A DNA stretch of 47,688 bases from Callorhinchus milii (GCF_018977255.1 NW_024705405.1:1-47688); one strand, 5' to 3'. Shown: positions 26,414 to 39,571, counted from the stretch's first letter. The notes: generated by a model not told the origin, from the sequence alone. Made by a program: numbers and translations.

Positions 26414-26900
26414 CTACAAGCGCAACCTTGCGCATTTTGACCTGGTTCTCGACGCCAGTCCCGCGCCCATGGTAGAATCTTCTGCATGTCGGGGCGTCAA
26501 GGGTTCGCACCACAGCCTTGAAGGATTAGGCAGGTCCCTGGCTTCTTTTGAAGAATATGACCAGACTACAGGCACCGGATCCTCGCACGTGGCGGATCCT
26601 TGAGGCACCCCGGGCCTCAGGGGCTCGGAAACTGTGGGCGCCACAACACATTTCCTTTGGAGTACGGTTTCCGTTGCCGAGTGCCCCACCACGTTGGACA
26701 CACCAGACTTGGGCTGTACAGGACATGGGGATGAGCTGTCTGGGTGGGGACGGACATAAATACATGGGCACACACTGCAGCCATTTCACCTCTATGACTT
26801 CAACAAGACCCCGCCATGGCGGAGCAACTTGGTGGACGTACCCGGTGTCACCTTTGGGCAATACAACCTGTCTACGACCGCCCATGGAAGCACGTGTTCC
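26414..26900 (-). mobile_element. Degenerate Ty3/Gypsy pol 3' end (integrase GPY/F domain)
   Basis: Joining two frames gives DRLYCPKVTPGTSTKLLR-PWRGLVEVIEV, matching the KL.P.W.GP..V motif of Gypsy integrase C-termini. GC-rich relative to its flanks. Confidence 0.6.
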
Positions 26901-27537
26901 CGCCGCGGCTTGCGCTCTGGCAGGGAAAGTTCCTCGTTATAAATCGTTTCACAACGATCTGGTCCCGAAACCCGAAGTATAACGGGGATCACCTGTACTC
27001 TATAACATGTAAACTGATAACACTATGAACAATAACACTAAACATTCAACGACTTTAATTTTTTTTATAATAGATTCCACCATAAACGGAGTTACGGTAT
27101 GAGAATGTCATTAGAAGCATTTTAATCGCTCATATGTATGTAAAGTATTCTAGTAACAATATGTTCGTATGCGCATTTTACTGAATATATGTTATGTGCA
27201 AATGCGAATCGTTAGTCATAAATGCTAGGCAGGGTTTAAAATGTGCATGTTTTAATCCAGTGTTAACGTTAATCCAGTGTTAGCATTATATTTAAGGACA
27301 ATATTGTTAATATCAATTCGTCTGGACATGGCACGTGCCTTGTTCGTCTCGATCAACGAAAATTAGTTCAATGTCGGTCATAAAAGATTTCGAGTTCATT
27401 CATAAGCAGTGTTCGCTGATCCCCGATGACACAGACCTAAACACACAAACAAAGTATTCTTTATTAAATTAATTATCAGCTCAGACATCTTCATCTCAAT
27501 CATTTCCAAAGACGTGTGGTATATAATATTTTTTCAG

Positions 27538-28058
27538 TCACCCCGAGCTCTCTGGTTGATTCTCGAGCCACTCCATTACATCCAGCCATCTCTCGGGATC
27601 CAACTGCATGGGATCGAAGGTGGAAACTTCTTCAGGACTCATTGCAGCACCTTGAATTTCAGCTTTTGATTTTAGTTTACTATCATTGTGGACCTTCTGA
27701 TGCCTGTTCATGGTTGATGACTGTGCAAATGTCTTCCCACACACAGGGCACAGGAATGGCTTCTCACCCGTGTGTGTTCTCTGATGAGTTTGAAGAGTTG
27801 ATGAGTCTGCAAATGTCTTCCCACACACAGGGCACAGGAATGGCTTCTCGCCCGTATGTGTTCTCTGATGTGCTCGAAGATTTGATGACCGTGCAAATGT
27901 CTTCCACACACAGGGCACATGAATGGCTTCTCGCCCGTGTGTGTTCTCTGGTGTCTCTGAAGATCTGATGGCCGTGAAAAGGACTTCCCACACACAGAGC
28001 AATTGAATGGCTTCTTGTCTCCGTGTGCGTGGGGCTGTGGAGAGCGTCTCTGCTCCAT
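27538..28058 (-). CDS. C2H2 zinc-finger protein copy 6, 4 fingers plus acidic tail (one frameshift)
   Basis: ORFs 27708 and 27538 give fingers [28 protein letters not shown] and the tail. One G is missing at ~27904. Confidence 0.8.
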
Positions 28059-28725
28059 GTGAGCGTAGCAACAGTAGCGGTGTTATCGAGTCAAAAGTAC
28101 GCTATCGGCCGTAAGGATGTTTCTGCTAAGAAAAGAACGTCACTCGGTCTAACCGAGACGCAAAAAAATCCCAAAATTTGACGACAAACACGTTTAAGAG
28201 TATATCCGCGAAAATAGACACTTACTTGGAGATTCACGTTATATATTGATGTCTAGAACCCGTCTGAAGATGTCGCCACGAACTCTCCCGACGCAAAGTC
28301 GCCTAACTATCGACACAGCAATTGTGCTCGCCAGGCTGCGTTGTCTCGCGGTTGAAGGGCGATCAGCAGAGCGACGAGTCGAGCGTCCAACCTCATCAAG
28401 TTCCCTCTCGAAATGGCATTGAGCTCTGCTTCTGAGCCGCCTTATAACTCCCCCCCTCGGATCCAATCCTTTGTCTTTCAGGATATTTGCATTCGATTGT
28501 TAATTTTGGAAGGCACAATCCGCATGTCTATTAACATACCGAAGGGTAATGTGCCCATTGTGCTTCATGCATGAATATGTAAGTGCATCTCAGTGTGTAA
28601 TTGTGCGCTTATTTTGAATAAAAACTTTGTCCTCGATTTAAAGTGAATGCAGAGAAATTAGCATGTAACTTTAGAAAAGGAAGAGAGCGGCCTTCTCGAC
28701 GAGGGAGTGAAACCCAATAGGTAAT

Positions 28726-29847
28726 CTTCTTCCTAGCGTTGTTCCCGCTGTGGCGCAGCGTCCGCTTTTCGGCATTGTCTTCTCCATTTGGCTCGGTCCA
28801 GGGCATCTTCAGGGGATGCGTTGACCGTCTTTATGTTTTCCTTTATTCGATCCATCCATCGCTTTTTCGGACGTCCGCGTGGACGGCGGCCCTCTGGCTC
28901 AATACGCATGGCAGTCTTGGCCACTGATGACTCTTCACTTCGCATCACATGGCCGTACCACCGAAGCCTTGCCTCAAGCATCTTGTCCGCAATGGGGGCC
29001 ACACCAAGTCGATTCCGAACGTCTTCGTTCATGACACGATCCCATCGAGTGAGTCCGAGGCTCCATCTGAGCATCCTCATCTCCATGGTGTGGAGAGCTT
29101 GTTCGTGTACAGTTGTGGCTGGCCAGCACTCGGATCCATAGAGTGCCACCGGTCGGACGATGGTCTTGTAAATTTTTCCCTTCAGCCTATCCGGCATTTT
29201 CCTATCACAGAGGACTCCGGTGACTTGCCTCCACTTCATCCATGCCGCATTGACTCGTGACCTCACATCAGTCGTGATGCTACCATCTGAGCTGATGGTG
29301 GCGCCCAGGTACTTAAAGTCCGTCACTTTCTTCACATCTTCTCCGTAAATGCTGATGGTACCGTTGGTTTGGGGGCCACACTCCATATACTCCGTCTTTT
29401 TGATGTTGAACCTCATCCCGTTTTCGTCCAAACGTTCTTTCCACAGGCGCGTTTGTCTTTCCACTTCTCCTCTCTCTTCATCTGAGAGGAGGACGTCATC
29501 CGCGTAGAGAATTGACCATGGCAGGGGCGTGTGCAGGTCGGCAGTGATCGTGTCCATGCACAGGATAAACAGGAGTGGTGACAGGGCCGATCCTTGGTGC
29601 ACTCCAACGCTGATGGGAAATGGCGGTGATATGCCCACTGCACACCTGACTGCACTGGTGACGTTCTTGTATAGGAGTTGCACCCAATGCACGTAGGTTT
29701 CAGGGACTCCATGGGATCGAAGCGAGTGCCAGATGAGCTCGTGGGGACCCTGTCAAATGCCTTTTCAAGGTCGAGGAACGACACGTGCACAGCTTTGTTC
29801 TTCTCTCTGTGCCTCTCCAGCAGGAGCCTCGCCGCGAATATGGCGTC
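28726..29847 (-). mobile_element. RTE 3' fragment (RT second half plus C-terminus)
   Basis: Near-identical to 44220-45341. This is the most diverged of the copies. Confidence 0.92.
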
Positions 29848-30359
29848 TTTTTTTATTTATTATGTCCTATGTTCAAACATTTCCAGTACAATGCAAACCA
29901 TTTCCGTTCCAGGAATACCAAAGCGTTAAAGTTTCATTCCCCATGATGTCCTTATTAGTTCACCACATTTGTTCACTGTGCGTCTATGTTGAAGTCAAGG
30001 CCATATATCCAACGAACACGTCATCAATGTACATCCGGAAACCGGCTATCTAAAGTCGATTAATACCATTCAAAAAAGCTATATACTTGAAAAAAACTGT
30101 TTAAAATGTTGAGTAAAGATGTACCTACAGACGCATTCCAACTTTAGCTCAACAGGAACACTTAACGACTACAATTGAACCCTCTCACAACCAGTGCTCT
30201 TCACACCAATTCGGCAAGTAATCCGATAACATAACAAACCACCACTGTGCACGTAATTAAACTCTCAAAAAAACTGTAAAACTAAAATGGTCAAAATTAC
30301 ACACAAAAGTACTCGAAACGGCTTAATAGGTATAACCACATGAAGTAATATTTTTTCAG

Positions 30360-31133
30360 TCACCCCGAGCTCTCTGTTTGATCCTCGAGCCACTCCATTA
30401 CATCCAGCCATCTCTCGGGATCCAACTGCATGGGATCGAAGGTGGAAACTTCATCAGGACTCATTGCAGCACCTTGAATTTCAGCTTTTGATTTCAGTTT
30501 CCTATCATTGTGGACCTTCTGATGCCTGTTCCTGGTTGATGAGTGTGCAAATTTCTTCCCACACACAGAGCACAGGAATGGCTTCTCGCCCGTGTGTGTT
30601 CTCTGATGACTATTAAGAGTTGATAAGTCTGCAAATGCCTTCCCACACACAGGGCACAGGAATGGCTTCTCGCCCGTGTGTGTTCTCTGATGACTATGAA
30701 GAGTTGATGAGTCTGCAAATGCCTTCCCACACACAGGGCACAGGAATGGCTTCTCGCCCGTGTGCATTCTCTGATGAGTTTGAAGAGTTGATGACCGTGC
30801 AAATGCCTTCCCACACACAGGACACAGGAATGGCTTCTCGCCCGTGTGCGTTCTCTGATGAGTTTGAAGAGTTGATGACCGTGCAAATGCCTTCCCACAC
30901 ACAGGGCACAGGAATGGCTTCTCGCCCGTGTGCGTTCTCTGATGAGTTTGAAGAGTTGACGACCGTGCAAATGCCTTCCCGCACACAGGGCACAGGAATG
31001 GCTTCTCGCCCGTGTGTGTTCTCTGGTGTCTCTGAAGACTTGATTGCCGTGCAAATGCCTTCCCACACACAGAGCAATTGAATGGCTTCTTGTCTCCGTG
31101 TGCGTGGGGCTGTGGAGAGCGTCTCTGCTCCAT
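30360..31133 (-). CDS. C2H2 zinc-finger protein, 7 fingers plus acidic tail, intact (macrosatellite unit 1)
   Basis: Uninterrupted 257-aa ORF with fingers RQSSLQR, RSSTLQT x3, [21 protein letters not shown]. Confidence 0.92.
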   Translation of the reverse strand: MEQRRSPQPHAHGDKKPFNCSVCGKAFARQSSLQRHQRTHTGEKPFLCPVCGKAFARSSTLQTHQRTHTGEKPFLCPVCGKAFARSSTLQTHQRTHTGEKPFLCPVCGKAFARSSTLQTHQRMHTGEKPFLCPVCGKAFADSSTLHSHQRTHTGEKPFLCPVCGKAFADLSTLNSHQRTHTGEKPFLCSVCGKKFAHSSTRNRHQKVHNDRKLKSKAEIQGAAMSPDEVSTFDPMQLDPERWLDVMEWLEDQTESSG

Positions 31134-31824
31134 GTGAGCTTAGTAACAGCAGCGGTGTTATCGAGTCAAAAGTACGCTATCGGCCGCAAGGATGTTTAGC
31201 GTTGAGTTTTGGATTTTGTTAACTGCTAAAACAAGAACGACACTCGCGTCGAACCGAGACGCAAAAAAATCCCGCTAATTTGACGACGAACACATTTAAG
31301 AGTTTATCCGCGAAAATAGACACTTACTTGGAGCTTCACGGTAATTCGATGTCTGGAACCCGTCTGAAGATGTCGCCACGAACTCTCCCCACGCAAAGTC
31401 GCCTATCTGTCGACACAGCAATTGTGCTCGCCAGGCTGCGTTGTCTCGCGGTTGAAGGGCGATCAGCAGAGCGACGAGTCGAGCGTCCAACCTCATCAAG
31501 TTCCCTCTCGAAATGGCATTGAGCTCTGCTTCTGAGCCGCCTTATAACTCCCCCCCTAGGATCCAATCCTTTGTCTTTCAGGATATTTGCATTCGATTGT
31601 TAATTTTGGAAGGCACAATCCGCATGTCTATTAACATACCGAAGGGTAATGTGCCCATTGTGCTTCATGCATGCATATGTAAGTGCATCTCAGTGTGTAA
31701 TTGTGCGCTATTTTGAATAAAAACTTTGTCCTCGATTTAAAGTGAATGCAGAGAAATTAGCATGTAACTTTAGAAAAGGAAGAGAGCGGCCTTCTCGACG
31801 AGGGAGTGAAACCCAATAGGTAAT

Positions 31825-32945
31825 CTTCTTCCTAGCGTTGTTCCCGCTGTGGCGCAGGGTCCGCTTTTCGGCATTGTCTTCTCCATTTGGCTCGGTCCAG
31901 GGCATCTTCAGGGGATGCGTTGACCGTCTTTATGTCTTCCTTTATTCGATCCATCCATCGCTTCTTCGGACGTCCGCGTGGACGGCGGCCCTCTGGCTCA
32001 ATACACATGGCAGTCTTGGCCACTGATGACTCTTCACTTCGCATCACATGGCCGTACCACCGAAGCCTTGCCTCAAGCATCTTGTCCGCAATGGGGGCCA
32101 CACCAAGTCGATTCCGAACGTCTTCGTTCATGACACGATCCCATCGAGTGAGTCCGAGGCTCCATCTGAGCATCCTCATCTCCATGGTGTGGAGAGCTTG
32201 TTCGTGTACAGTTGTGGCTGGCCAGCACTCGGATCCATAGAGTGCCACCGGTCGGACGATGGTCTTGTAAATTTTTCCCTTCAGCCTATTCGGCATTTTC
32301 CTATCACAGAGGACTCCGGTGACTTGCCTCCACTTCATCCATGCCGCATTGACTCGTGACCTCACATCAGTCGTGATGCTACCATCTGAGCTGATGGTGG
32401 AACCCAGGTACTTGAAGTCCGTCACTTTCTTCAGATCTTCTCCGTCAATGCTGATGGTGCCGTCGGTTTGGGGGCCACACTCCATATACTCCGTCTTTTG
32501 ATGTTGAACCTCATCCCGTTTTCGTCCAAACGTTCTTCCACAGGCGCGTTTGTCTTTCCACTTCTCCTCTCTCTTCATCTGAGAGGAGGACGTCATCCGC
32601 GTAGAGAATTGACCATGGCAGGGGCGTGTGCAGGTCGGCAGTGATCGTGTCCATGCACAGGATAAACAGGAGTGGTGACAGGGCCGATCCTTGGTGCACT
32701 CCAACGCTGATGGGAAATGGCGGTGATATGCCCACTGCACACCTGACTGCACTGGTGACGTTCTTGTATAGGAGTTGCACCCAATGCACGTAGGTTTCAG
32801 GGACTCCATGGGATCGAAGCGAGTGCCAGATGAGGTCGTGGGGGACCCTGTCAAATGCCTTTTCAAGGTCGAGGAACGACACGTGCACAGCTTTGTTCTT
32901 CTCTCTGTGCCTCTCCAGCAGGAGCCTCGCCGCGAATATGGCGTC
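31825..32945 (-). mobile_element. RTE 3' fragment
   Basis: Same breakpoints and sequence as the other unit copies. Confidence 0.92.
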
Positions 32946-33455
32946 TTTTTTATTTATTATGTCCTATGTTCAAACATTTCCAGTACAATGCAAACCATTT
33001 CCGTTCCAGGAATACCAAAGCGTTAAAGTTTCATTCCCCATGATGTCCTTATTAGTTCACCACATTTGTTCACTGTGCGTCTATGTTGAAGTCAAGGCCA
33101 TATATCCAACGAACACGTCATCAATGTACATCCGGAAACCGGCTATCTAAAGTCGATTAATACCATTCAAAAAAGCTATATACTTGAAAAAAACTGTTTA
33201 AAATGTTGAGTAAAGATGTACCTACAGACGCATTCCAACTTTAGCTCAACAGGAACACTTAACGACTACAATTGAACCCTCTCACAACCAGTGCTCTTCC
33301 ACCAATTCGGCAAGTAATCCGATAACATAACAAACCACCACTGTGCACGTAATTAAACTCTCAAAAAAACTGTAAAACTAAAATGGTCAAAATTACACAC
33401 AAAAGTACTCGAAACGGCTTAATAGGTATAACCACATGAAGTAATATTTTTTCAG

Positions 33456-34229
33456 TCACCCCGAGCTCTCTGTTTGATCCTCGAGCCACTCCATTACATC
33501 CAGCCATCTCTCGGGATCCAACTGCATGGGATCGAAGGTGGAAACTTCATCAGGACTCATTGCAGCACCTTGAATTTCAGTTTTTGATTTCAGTTTCCTA
33601 TCATTGTGGACCTTCTGATGCCTGTTCCTGGTTGATGAGTGTGCAAATTTCTTCCCACACACAGAGCACAGGAATGGCTTCTCGCCCGTGTGTGTTCTCT
33701 GATGACTATTAAGAGTTGATAAGTCTGCAAATGCCTTCCCACACACAGGGCACAGGAATGGCTTCTCGCCCGTGTGTGTTCTCTGATGACTATGAAGAGT
33801 TGATGAGTCTGCAAATGCCTTCCCACACACAGGGCACAGGAATGGCTTCTCGCCCGTGTGCATTCTCTGATGAGTTTGAAGAGTTGATGACCGTGCAAAT
33901 GCCTTCCCACACACAGGACACAGGAATGGCTTCTCGCCCGTGTGCGTTCTCTGATGAGTTTGAAGAGTTGATGACCGTGCAAATGCCTTCCCACACACAG
34001 GGCACAGGAATGGCTTCTCGCCCGTGTGCGTTCTCTGATGAGTTTGAAGAGTTGACGACCGTGCAAATGCCTTCCCGCACACAGGGCACAGGAATGGCTT
34101 CTCGCCCGTGTGTGTTCTCTGGTGTCTCTGAAGACTTGATTGCCGTGCAAATGCCTTCCCACACACAGAGCAATTGAATGGCTTCTTGTCTCCGTGTGCG
34201 TGGGGCTGTGGAGAGCGTCTCTGCTCCAT
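33456..34229 (-). CDS. C2H2 zinc-finger protein, 7 fingers, intact (unit 2)
   Basis: 257-aa ORF differing from unit 1 by one residue (KAE to KTE). Confidence 0.92.
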   Translation of the reverse strand: MEQRRSPQPHAHGDKKPFNCSVCGKAFARQSSLQRHQRTHTGEKPFLCPVCGKAFARSSTLQTHQRTHTGEKPFLCPVCGKAFARSSTLQTHQRTHTGEKPFLCPVCGKAFARSSTLQTHQRMHTGEKPFLCPVCGKAFADSSTLHSHQRTHTGEKPFLCPVCGKAFADLSTLNSHQRTHTGEKPFLCSVCGKKFAHSSTRNRHQKVHNDRKLKSKTEIQGAAMSPDEVSTFDPMQLDPERWLDVMEWLEDQTESSG

Positions 34230-34880
34230 GTGAGCTTAGTAACAGCAGCGGTGTTATCGAGTCAAAAGTACGCTATCGGCCGCAAGGATGTTTAACACTC
34301 GCGTCGAACCGAGACGCAAAAAAATCCCGCTAATTTGACGACGAACACATTTAAGAGTTTATCCGCGAAAATAGATACTTACTTGGAGCTTCACGGTAAT
34401 TCGATGTCTGGAACCCGTCTGAAGATGTCGCCACGAACTCTCCCGACGCAAAGTCGCCTATCCGTCGACACAGCAATTGTGCTCGCCAGGCTGCGTTGTC
34501 TCGCGGTTGAAGGGCGATCAGCAGAGCGACGAGTCGAGCGTCCAACCTCATCAAGTTCCCTCTCGAAATGGCATTGAGCTCTGCTTCTGAGCCGCCTTAT
34601 AACTCCCCCCCTAGGATCCAATCCTTTGTCTTTCAGGATATTTGCATTCGATTGTTAATTTTGGAAGGCACAATCCGCATGTCTATTAACATACCGAAGG
34701 GTAATGTGCCCATTGTGCTTCATGCATGCATATGTAAGTGCATCTCAGTGTGTAATTGTGCGTCTATTTTGAATAAAAACTTTGTCCTCGATTTAAAGTG
34801 AATGCAGAGAAATTAGCATGTAACTTTAGAAAAGGAAGAGAGCGGCCTTCTCGACGAGGGAGTGAAACCCAATAGGTAAT

Positions 34881-36002
34881 CTTCTTCCTAGCGTTGTTCC
34901 CGCTGTGGCGCAGGGTCCGCTTTTCGGCATTGTCTTCTCCATTTGGCTCGGTCCAGGGCATCTTCAGGGGATGCGTTGACCGTCTTTATGTCTTCCTTTA
35001 TTCGATCCATCCATCGCTTCTTCGGACGTCCGCGTGGACGGCGGCCCTCTGGCTCAATACGCATGGCAGTCTTGGCCACTGATGACTCTTCACTTCGCAT
35101 CACATGGCCGTACCACCGAAGCCTTGCCTCAAGCATCTTGTCCGCAATGGGGGCCACACCAAGTCGATTCCGAACGTCTTCGTTCATGACACGATCCCAT
35201 CGAGTGAGTCCGAGGCTCCATCTGAGCATCCTCATCTCCATGGTGTGGAGAGCTTGTTCGTGTACAGTTGTGGCTGGCCAGCACTCGGATCCATAGAGTG
35301 CCACCGGTCGGACGATGGTCTTGTAAATTTTTCCCTTCAGCCTATCCGGCATTTTCCTATCACAGAGGACTCCGGTGACTTGCCTCCACTTCATCCATGC
35401 CGCATTGACTCGTGACCTCACATCAGTCGTGATGCTACCATCTGAGCTGATGGTGGAACCCAGGTACTTGAAGTCCGTCACTTTCTTCAGATCTTCTCTG
35501 TCAATGCTGATGGTGCCGTCGGTTTGGGGGCCACACTCCATATACTCCGTCTTTTTGATGTTGAACCTCATCCCGTTTTCGTCCAAACGTTCTTCCACAG
35601 GCGCGTTTGTCTTTCCACTTCTCCTCTCTCTTCATCTGAGAGGAGGACGTCATCCGCGTAGAGAATTGACCATGGCAGGGGCGTGTGCAGGTCGGCAGTG
35701 ATCGTGTCCATGCACAGGATAAACAGGAGTGGTGACAGGGCCGATCCTTGGTGCACTCCAACGCTGATGGGAAATGGCGGTGATATGCCCACTGCACACC
35801 TGACTGCACTGGTGACGTTCTTGTATAGGAGTTGCACCCAATGCACGTAGGTTTCAGGGACTCCATGGGATCGAAGCGAGTGCCAGATGAGGTCGTGGGG
35901 GACCCTGTCAAATGCCTTTTCAAGGTCGAGGAACGACACGTGCACAGCTTTGTTCTTCTCTCTGTGCCTCTCCAGCAGGAGCCTCGCCGCGAATATGGCG
36001 TC
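34881..36002 (-). mobile_element. RTE 3' fragment
   Basis: Same breakpoints and sequence as the other unit copies. Confidence 0.92.
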
Positions 36003-36513
36003 TTTTTTATTTATTATGTCCTATGTTCAAACATTTCCAGTACAATGCAAACCATTTCCGTTCCAGGAATACCAAAGCGTTAAAGTTTCATTCCCCATGA
36101 TGTCCTTATTAGTTCACCACATTTGTTCACTGTGCGTCTATGTTGAAGTCAAGGCCATATATCCAACGAACACGTCATCAATGTACATCCGGAAACCGGC
36201 TATCTAAAGTCGATTAATACCATTCAAAAAAGCTATATACTTGAAAAAAACTGTTTAAAATGTTGAGTAAAGATGTACCTACAGACGCATTCCAACTTTA
36301 GCTCAACAGGAACACTTAACGACTACAATTGAACCCTCTCACAACCAGTGCTCTTCACACCAATTCGGCAAGTAATCCGATAACATAACAAACCACCACT
36401 GTGCACGTAATTAAACTCTCAAAAAAACTGTAAAACTAAAATGGTCAAAATTACACACAAAAGTACTCGAAACGGCTTAATAGGTATAACCACATGAAGT
36501 AATATTTTTTCAG

Positions 36514-37287
36514 TCACCCCGAGCTCTCTGTTTGATCCTCGAGCCACTCCATTACATCCAGCCATCTCTCGGGATCCAACTGCATGGGATCGAAGGTGGA
36601 AACTTCATCAGGACTCATTGCAGCACCTTGAATTTCAGTTTTTGATTTCAGTTTCCTATCATTGTGGACCTTCTGATGCCTGTTCCTGGTTGATGAGTGT
36701 GCAAATTTCTTCCCACACACAGAGCACAGGAATGGCTTCTCGCCCGTGTGTGTTCTCTGATGACTATTAAGAGTTGATAAGTCTGCAAATGCCTTCCCAC
36801 ACACAGGGCACAGGAATGGCTTCTCGCCCGTGTGTGTTCTCTGATGACTATGAAGAGTTGATGAGTCTGCAAATGCCTTCCCACACACAGGGCACAGGAA
36901 TGGCTTCTCGCCCGTGTGCATTCTCTGATGAGTTTGAAGAGTTGATGACCGTGCAAATGCCTTCCCACACACAGGACACAGGAATGGCTTCTCGCCCGTG
37001 TGCGTTCTCTGATGAGTTTGAAGAGTTGATGACCGTGCAAATGCCTTCCCACACACAGGGCACAGGAATGGCTTCTCGCCAGTGTGCGTTCTCTGATGAG
37101 TTTGAAGAGTTGACGACCGTGCAAATGCCTTCCCGCACACAGGGCACAGGAATGGCTTCTCGCCCGTGTGTGTTCTCTGGTGTCTCTGAAGACTTGATTG
37201 CCGTGCAAATGCCTTCCCACACACAGAGCAATTGAATGGCTTCTTGTCTCCGTGTGCGTGGGGCTGTGGAGAGCGTCTCTGCTCCAT
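36514..37287 (-). CDS. C2H2 zinc-finger protein, 7 fingers, intact (unit 3)
   Basis: 257-aa ORF with the same protein sequence as unit 2. Confidence 0.92.
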   Translation of the reverse strand: MEQRRSPQPHAHGDKKPFNCSVCGKAFARQSSLQRHQRTHTGEKPFLCPVCGKAFARSSTLQTHQRTHTGEKPFLCPVCGKAFARSSTLQTHQRTHTGEKPFLCPVCGKAFARSSTLQTHQRMHTGEKPFLCPVCGKAFADSSTLHSHQRTHTGEKPFLCPVCGKAFADLSTLNSHQRTHTGEKPFLCSVCGKKFAHSSTRNRHQKVHNDRKLKSKTEIQGAAMSPDEVSTFDPMQLDPERWLDVMEWLEDQTESSG

Positions 37288-37938
37288 GTGAGCTTAGTAA
37301 CAGCAGCGGTGTTATCGAGTCAAAAGTACGCTATCGGCCGCAAGGATGTTTAACACTCGCGTCGAACCGAGACGCAAAAAAATCCCGCTAATTTGACGAC
37401 GAACACATTTAAGAGTTTATCCGCGAAAATAGACACTTACTTGGAGCTTCACGGTAATTCGATGTCTGGAACCCGTCTGAAGATGTCGCCACGAACTCTC
37501 CCGACGCAAAGTCGCCTATCTGTCGACACAGCAATTGTGCTCGCCAGGCTGCGTTGTCTCGCGGTTGAAGGGCGATCAGCAGAGCGACGAGTCGAGCGTC
37601 CAACCTCATCAAGTTCCCTCTCGAAATGGCATTGAGCTCTGCTTCTGAGCCGCCTTATAACTCCCCCCCTAGGATCCAATCCTTTGTCTTTCAGGATATT
37701 TGCATTCGATTGTTAATTTTGGAAGGCACAATCCGCATGTCTATTAACATACCGAAGGGTAATGTGCCCATTGTGCTTCATGCATGCATATGTAAGTGCA
37801 TCTCAGTGTGTAATTGTGCGTCTATTTTGAATAAAAACTTTGTCCTCGATTTCAAGTGAATGCAGAGAAATTAGCATGTAACTTTAGAAAAGGAAGAGAG
37901 CGGCCTTCTCGACGAGGGAGTGAAACCCAATAGGTAAT

Positions 37939-39060
37939 CTTCTTCCTAGCGTTGTTCCCGCTGTGGCGCAGGGTCCGCTTTTCGGCATTGTCTTCTCCAT
38001 TTGGCTCGGTCCAGGGCATCTTCAGGGGATGCGTTGACCGTCTTTATGTCTTCCTTTATTCGATCCATCCATCGCTTCTTCGGACGTCCGCGTGGACGGC
38101 GGCCCTCTGGCTCAATACACATGGCAGTCTTGGCCACTGATGACTCTTCACTTCGCATCACATGGCCGTACCACCGAAGCCTTGCCTCAAGCATCTTGTC
38201 CGCAATGGGGGCCACACCAAGTCGATTCCGAACGTCTTCGTTCATGACACGATCCCATCGAGTGAGTCCGAGGCTCCATCTGAGCATCCTCATCTCCATG
38301 GTGTGGAGAGCTTGTTCGTGTACAGTTGTGGCTGGCCAGCACTCGGATCCATAGAGTGCCACCGGTCGGACGATGGTCTTGTAAATTTTTCCCTTCAGCC
38401 TATTCGGCATTTTCCTATCACAGAGGACTCCGGTGACTTGCCTCCACTTCATCCATGCCGCATTGACTCGTGACCTCACATCAGTCGTGATGCTACCATC
38501 TGAGCTGATGGTGGAACCCAGGTACTTGAAGTCCGTCACTTTCTTCAGATCTTCTCTGTCAATGCTGATGGTGCCGTCGGTTTGGGGGCCACACTCCATA
38601 TACTCCGTCTTTTGATGTTGAACCTCATCCCGTTTTCGTCCAAACGTTCTTTCCACACGCGCGTTTGTCTTTCCACTTCTCCTCTCTCTTCATCTGAGAG
38701 GAGGACGTCATCCGCGTAGAGAATTGACCATGGCAGGGGCGTGTGCAGGTCGGCAGTGATCGTGTCCATGCACAGGATAAACAGGAGTGGTGACAGGGCC
38801 GATCCTTGGTGCACTCCAACGCTGATGGGAAATGGCGGTGATATGCCCACTGCACACCTGACTGCACTGGTGACGTTCTTGTATAGGAGTTGCACCCAAT
38901 GCACGTAGGTTTCAGGGACTCCATGGGATCGAAGCGAGTGCCAGATGAGGTCGTGGGGGACCCTGTCAAATGCCTTTTCAAGGTCGAGGAACGACACGTG
39001 CACAGCTTTGTTCTTCTCTCTGTGCCTCTCCAGCAGGAGCCTCGCCGCGAATATGGCGTC
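37939..39060 (-). mobile_element. RTE 3' fragment
   Basis: Same breakpoints and sequence as the other unit copies. Confidence 0.92.
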
Positions 39061-39571
39061 TTTTTTATTTATTATGTCCTATGTTCAAACATTTCCAGTA
39101 CAATGCAAACCATTTCCGTTCCAGGAATACCAAAGCGTTAAAGTTTCATTCCCCATGATGTCCTTATTAGTTCACCACATTTGTTCACTGTGCGTCTATG
39201 TTGAAGTCAAGGCCATATATCCAACGAACACGTCATCAATGTACATCCGGAAACCGGCTATCTAAAGTCGATTAATACCATTCAAAAAAGCTATATACTT
39301 GAAAAAAACTGTTTAAAATGTTGAGTAAAGATGTACCTACAGACGCATTCCAACTTTAGCTCAACAGGAACACTTAACGACTACAATTGAACCCTCTCAC
39401 AACCAGTGCTCTTCACATCAATTCGGCAAGTAATCCGATAACATAACAAACCACCACTGTGCACGTAATTAAACTCTCAAAAAAACTGTAAAACTAAAAT
39501 GGTCAAAATTACACACAAAAGTACTCGAAACGGCTTAATAGGTATAACCACATGAAGTAATATTTTTTCAG

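Noticed and set aside
30500..31080. Repeat-with-variable-insert pattern resembling a CRISPR array
   Set aside because: It is a coding zinc-finger minisatellite in eukaryotic DNA. There are no unique spacers and no cas genes.
30360..31133. Assignment as PRDM9 or a KRAB/ZAD-ZFP
   Set aside because: No SET, KRAB, SSXRD or ZAD sequence is in the window, an in-frame stop lies just upstream of the ATG, and the gene has its own promoter.
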